Shown here one piece after another: positions 57,796-64,000 of a DNA stretch of 64,000 bases. The notes under the pieces are model-generated. The model was given only the letters and a program-made list of their open reading frames with translations. It ran no database searches and was not told where the DNA came from. Source of the DNA: Balanoglossus misakiensis (Eukaryota; Animalia; Hemichordata); the NCBI GenBank assembly GCA_040954595.2, contig CM082577.2, positions 15,879,903 through 15,943,902 on the forward strand, in the 5' to 3' direction. The position numbers and the translations under genes were made by a program. The first letter of the stretch is position 1. Every line of letters begins with the position of its first letter.

Positions 57796-58165
57796 AGGTA
57801 TAGGAGCTGCAACTGGTTAAAAAAATAAAAGTTTTAAATAATCTCATATATGCTTTCAATTATGTCTATTATATGATATTTCATGATAATATATCAAGCT
57901 CAACACTTATTTATGACAAAATGGCCAAAAAGTAAAGAAAAACGAAAATTCCTGCAATTTTTAAAAAAGTGCAATATTGTCATGAAAACAGAACATATAA
58001 TGTCTCAGCGGTGTACATTTAATTCCATGAGCTCAAGTGGATGAGATCATGTTTTGTTCATGAAATTTCATAACTGGAAATGCAACATTTTCATTGTTTC
58101 TTGCATTTTCCCATGGTTATCTGGTTAAAACTTGCATATGCACTCATATTTAGGGTTTATAATGC
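57796..58165. mobile_element. Kolobok-like element fragment (opposite end)
   Basis: TTAA|AGGTATAGGAGCTGCAAC is an imperfect inverted match to the end at 55148-55169. Confidence 0.5.
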
Positions 58166-58622
58166 ACCTCTCCACAACCCATTGTTGTCTATAGGATTGA
58201 GCCTCAGCACCTTTACATAAACTTTGTGTGGACACGAAGCGAAGCGACTCAAAGGGTTCATGCCCTGTGTTTACCATAGGCAAATAGCGCGCGTCTCAAT
58301 TTTTTTTCATGTGACATGTGAACCTGGTATAAAGTAGAACGTGTTAGAAGCATGCAACATGTGTAATTTGACAATGCGTGGCGCTTTGGAAGGCATATCA
58401 TTGATGCATTCATGCAAAGTTGATGGGTTATATTCTGAATTTTTCCTCACTTCAACGCCAGACTCTTTTTAAATTCAGGGCACGCCTGTTCGAAAATGAG
58501 AACTTTTTAATTCGTTGTGTTTTAGACTGGGATTTGTTGTTGTTTTAATCTTTTTGGAAACATCTTAGATTTGGAATGTATTGTTAAAGTTTTAAACCTT
58601 TTTTTCTGTATTTATTGTCCCT

Positions 58623-59276
58623 TGTTACGTAGGAGAAGTTTGCTGTTGTTTTGTGACCAGGTGTGTTTTCGCTTACTTTCGTAATTTGAATTTTGCGTGA
58701 CCAGGTGTGGTGCATTCATTTTTTTTCCCTATAATAAAAGCCCGCACGTTGTGTTGCGGCGTAGCTACTAATTTGGACTTGCCCGTGTGTTCTGTTCTGT
58801 TCCTCGCCGGCTTGGAAGCTGTGCTGTATTTCATGCTGCCCTGGTCTGGAAACCGCGCCCAGAAGTTGTGCTACCTCATGGGGGAATTCGTCTGAAAGCT
58901 GTGCCGTCTACCGGGGAATTGTGCCAGAACGCTACTCGGACTGAACGTCACTGTTGGGACTGCCGTGGTGCTGGTCGCGTTCGTCGTGCTCTACAGGACC
59001 GTGGACTTTATTCTTTCATTTCCCACACCTGGTCACATTTAAGGTAGTTATTTATTTTTGTGTGTTTTCTTCCCAATGTACAATATTTTTATATTTTTAC
59101 CAATGTTTAGTTGTAGTAATTAAAAGTTTCCATAAGCAAGGAAATAACGTGTATTGTGCCTATTGTTGACCGTCTTTGTTGCGTGCTGCGCTGGTTGGTT
59201 CACCAAAGCAAGCCATTCAGTAACTCTATTTGCTCACTGCCCTGTTTCGGAACTGAATGGCCAGCGTGCCGTAACA
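58623..59276 (+). mobile_element. Solo LTR (654 bp)
   Basis: TGTTACG...CGTAACA termini, TSD CCCT on both sides, TATAATAAAA near 58730 and ATTAAA near 59120. Confidence 0.85.
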
Positions 59277-59346
59277 CCCTTTTTTATTCTCTGTAACTTT
59301 ATGAAGCTTGTTTGTTTGATATGGGCAGAATTGCCTGAAATAAACA

Positions 59347-59380
<34 letters not shown>
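59347..59380 (+). repeat. (ATT)n microsatellite; similar tracts at ~60965-61020
   Basis: Direct reading. Confidence 0.9.
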
Positions 59381-59383
<3 letters not shown>

Positions 59384-60992
59384 GTTAAGGGGTTTAAAGA
59401 ATTATATAAACAATCTATCAATTTAATAAGCACGGGTGGATTTCCTGTACAATCATTCGTGATACTTCAGATTCATAAAGACAACATTTTTCAAAGTGGC
59501 CTATGTATCTAAAATTGCAGACGACGTTTCAACGCTTTCGGTTGGAGATTTTCTACCTAATACTCACAAAAAGACCTCGGGTATTGTTAAACACTATTTA
59601 AAACCTTGTTACCCAGTGAGTCTGGTGGCGTGTGTACGACAGATCTGAGGTACAAAACTTCGCTCGAAACCCAACACGAGTTGGAGACCGAGTTTATTTA
59701 CGTACAACATTGTAGCAATTTTTCGTATGTTTGCGCGCGCTCTGAAATCACGCGATGTCAACTGAGTGTGAACGAGCTGTTTCGCGTCGTGTCGTCTGCC
59801 CAGTTTTCGTGGCTAAAACGACAGGAATAATACCCCAGTTGGCTTTAGAATTGCACATATCATGAGATTTGAGCGCCATAGAAACCGCAGATATCGTGGA
59901 ACAGGAAGGTTAGTGTTAAAATTATTGTTTTTAATCAAAGTATTGACCTCTGAGTTGTGCTACGTTTGTGTCGGTGTCAAACGGACGCAATGTTTACAAT
60001 GTACAAGGCAGCCAAATAGAATCAGAGAAATGAAGAAATGTTATCACGATACTTTGGATTTCGTGTTATTATTTCTCGGGAATTTTATTGTTTTCTCAGA
60101 CGAGGTGACAGGACAGACACACGAGGCATCTCGCGGTTCCGTTTTCAATGTTGAATTTTATGTTTTGGCTGTATTTGCGTGTCAGCTGACAGGTCTTCGC
60201 ATTCATCAGAAGCTATCGTGCGTCGCTGAGATTTGATTCTTCATAGACGAAAATTATTTCATAACCATACCAAATAAAACATTTCCAGAAATTTAGAAGT
60301 TTGCAGACTTTTCTGCTAGTTGTCTATTTAGTGTTGAAGTCACGCTGAACTGCCAAATTTAACACAGACTCGCTGTCAATACTCAAACAGTGTACTTCTA
60401 CGAGTGTGTCCTGTAACTGCCTTCCTTCAATAACCCATGTCATACAACAACAAATAGACGGTAAACGTTTATGCAATACCAATGAATTTATGTTTTAAAA
60501 CTGGTCGACAGTCTGGAAATGCATGAACAATCGATTGATTGGATTCCTTAACGATACTATTGTATCTTGTATTTTTTTGTAGTTACACTGTGGAAATCGG
60601 CAGGCAGCATTGCCAGTTTTTCTGCACATGCGCAGTTCCTCTGTCTTGAAAGAAAAGTCAAATTTCACCAACTTATTATTGTGCATTCGGAAAATAAACC
60701 CCAAATATTTTCTTTGTGAACAAAAATACTGCCAGTGTGATTTTGTGTTCAAATCCAACCTATTATTATGTAAATTGACTTGTGATACCCTCTCTTAGCA
60801 CAAAAAGCATAATTTCAGCCCCAAAATGGTTGCCATAGAAACAGGTGATCACTAAACGGATATCATTTTTGTTCTTATTGAGCCAAGAAACCCCTATGGT
60901 GAAATTTTTGTGGAAATCGGTCCTATTATTATTAAAATTATTATTTTTATATAATTCTTTATTTAATTATTATTATTATATGCATTGTTGTA

Positions 60993-61024
<32 letters not shown>

Positions 61025-64000
61025 GCATTGTTGTATGCCAGCCGGCAGTGACATGGTAAAGGATTTGAACAATCAAAAGTAACCATACGAGAGCGCTACG
61101 CAGTTATGGAAGGCTGTTCCTGATTGGTTAGACTTTTGACAGCTCAATCTGCATGCTATCAATATCTGCGTTCAGTTTGTTTCACCTGTTGTTATATCCT
61201 TAACACCTCCTTACAATGCCATTTACATTTGTCTATTTAGCATATCGCTCACAATATTTGCATAACAATAAAACTCTTGCCGCTGATATTCAGTTCGTTT
61301 ATCGTTCTTATTACCTACACACGCTCCTATTCTCTCTCTCCGCCATTTATATATTCGCTAGCCCTAGATAGATTTTTTTCTCGATTTTTTTTTCTTAGTT
61401 TAGGTTAATTTATTGTATTACTTAGTTTAGATTATTAGTTATAGTTAGGTATAGTAATGAAATACATTACTTGTTTGACAGCGTTCTCCTGTGTAGCACC
61501 TGGGCGGTATCACAGACACCAGGTGACTGGACGCAAGAACCACCGTTCTGGCATGGATTTTCTTGACAGGGATTCAACACTGAAAGATTGACAACAAAAA
61601 TTGACAATAATGTTATTCGCTGTAAAAAGAAGATCTACTTAAATAGTGAAGCTTATTCTGGCTCTTGACAGAATATAACATTACTGCAATTTTACATAAT
61701 CATCCTAAATTAGGGCAGATCCTTGGTTGAGGATGGAGTGTCTGAACTATTGTGATTTCAGACATTACTTACATGTCTGGCAAACATTGCCGGTGTAACA
61801 TCCCGGACACTGGCAAATGTATTTCGTACAGGATCCTGGCACAGGAGAGCAAACACAAAAAATACATACTGTATTTAAGAAATCCTGTGCTTTTCAGATT
61901 CTGAATGGAACAACCTGCATGTACTTTGATGTATGAGAGCCATTTTTAAATCCTGACTTCTGATAGAGGTCAAGCTGTTTAATACGTGTGCATGTACTGT
62001 GGACAAACACAATTATTTGTGAAAGTATACATTTCTATACGTACGGGTCTCACACAGTGTACCAAAGTAGCACTGTGGATGATCCTGGGCTCTGCAGACA
62101 GAATCCACCATTGTGACATTTGGGTTCAAAACTGCAAACAAGAAAATTACATCACAGTCAGGGTCTACATGTCATCATGCAGCTTTTTTAGTGATTTAAC
62201 AGGTGCTTACATTAAGCCAAAAATCAACCTGAATGCCCTACTGTTACTGTATAAAATTTATGAATTTCCTAGTTTGTATGGATAGCTTATGAATACTATG
62301 GCAGAATGTTTACATTGATATTTTCTGGTGTCGGCAATTTATCCATTTTCAATGACCTTTGACTTTTTCTTAATAGTATTTTTTATTCCTTTCATTATGT
62401 GCAGATCATGGATGCCGTAGGAATCGTGGTAGTGGATTTAAATCATTTGGGTGCAGTCCTAGAGTTCATTCAACATCTTCAGGGGGACATCTACGAGGTG
62501 AACGGGGTAATTTTCTGTTACGATCATATTACCCTCATCTATGTCCTGAATTACGTCTCAATCCACGGTATTCAACATACAGCATTTGTTGTGCTACCAG
62601 GTAGGTGATATTTTAAATACTCTAAGAGATTTGAGTGTGTACGTACGTGCATACATACATAGACTCATGTTTTTTTTAAATATATTTTTGTGTTTTTTCC
62701 ATAGATTAGTCCTGGAAAGAAAAGAAAGATGGAAAAGAAGAAGAAAGATGGAAAAGAAGAAGAAATTTTGTTGACATTTTTTTATTGTTGTTTTAATTGT
62801 AGTTTTTTTTAGTGTCTGATATAACAAATTAAACAAATGTTGAAAGAAAAAGGACTTAGTCCAGTAGCTGTTCCTTCATGCTTCATGTAAAAATGAAAAA
62901 CTCATGACATGATAGGCACAGTTGTTGGATACAGTCAATTTCATCATGGAAGAAAACAATTGAAAAAATAACATGAACACGGTGGGACTAATGAAGGTCA
63001 TAAAGGTGAGTATCTGGGTGTGGTTGGATGGCTGTGTGTGTGCGTGCGTGTGTGTAACTGCATGTGTTCATTGTGTTCAAAGGAGAGTTTTGTATCATGC
63101 CTTGAGAGAGAATTTACAATAAGGCTGAATAGACCTGAATAGAACTGGAATTCAATATTATAACATAACATCATACAGTCAAAATTAGTGCTGATCAAGG
63201 CCATGAATGTAAACACAAGGTGAAATTTATGAATTACCTAGTTTGTATGCATAGCTTATGGCAGTACTGAACAAGTAAAAACTGTAAAAATATCCTATCA
63301 TGTGGTTAACTGTCTCTGAAAATTACAAGCTTCAAACGACATGTTTTCTAACTGTTTTAAATTTTGACCTATGACAGTGTAAGCCTATGACATTATTTTT
63401 CATAATTACAGTTTTATAACTTCTTGTCTTCATTTTTTAAAAATTAATGCAAATGTCTATACATCCTGAACAAATCAGCACTCAGGACAGGGTCACATAA
63501 ATTATAATTTTCCTATACTTCAACATGCATAATAACAAAGGAATCACTTTATTTTTGGCACACCTATTAATTCATGACTGGCCCCTATTTTAATAATGGT
63601 ATCGCCATGACCGGCCAACCTTTGACCTCGGAGACCACAATGTGGAGCTTTCGATCAGCTTTTCGTGTTTCAATCAAACATTGAAATCACGGGATAAAAT
63701 CACTGACTAGTTTATACCTTTTTCGGTGTTTCATCTAACCATGGAAAGGAGTATAAAAAAATGAAATGACGGCACGTAATGTGCATTTCTTGTTCACGTG
63801 AGGGGACTATATTTGTGCGTAATGATCCAAATGCAAGGGGTTGTGTGAACAGGCCTTAAATAATAAGTTGGCCTTAAATAATAAGTTGACAAACGGCGCG
63901 AGTGCATTTTTTCATGGTTTAGAAATCACTTATTTATATATAATTCATTATATATAAATAATTATGTAAATCACTCATGATATATATAATAGACTTGCAC

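Overview
Eukaryotic, probably invertebrate animal, DNA made almost entirely of nested transposable elements and tandem arrays; I found no confident host gene. From left to right: (1) an apparently intact Ty3/Gypsy retrotransposon (minus strand, running off the window start). Its Gag begins with a ComEA-like helix-hairpin-helix domain, and its gag-pol junction has a UUUAAAC slippery site plus a predicted H-type pseudoknot. (2) A 7.7-kb Academ-type element built from two inverted copies of the same end (TAG termini, AAT TSD), carrying a young gag-only LTR element. (3) A Helentron/HINE-like repeat. (4) A pogo-type transposase pseudogene running into a 3.6-kb 60/66-bp minisatellite. (5) A Harbinger element with an intact 3-exon transposase and a truncated Myb/SANT gene, joined to a Tigger remnant. 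(6) An ~8-kb C2H2 zinc-finger tandem array split by an 11.9-kb Chapaev transposon (CAC...GTG, TCAT TSD, RAG1-like Chapa+RING N-terminus). The Chapaev itself hosts a deleted Ngaro element, a Crypton remnant and two MITEs. (7) Kolobok-like ends and a solo LTR. The most intriguing signals are the asymmetric bipartite (RSS-like, 18 vs 9 bp spacer) termini of the Chapaev element and the HhH-Gag fusion. All family assignments come from motifs recognised by eye, not from database searches.
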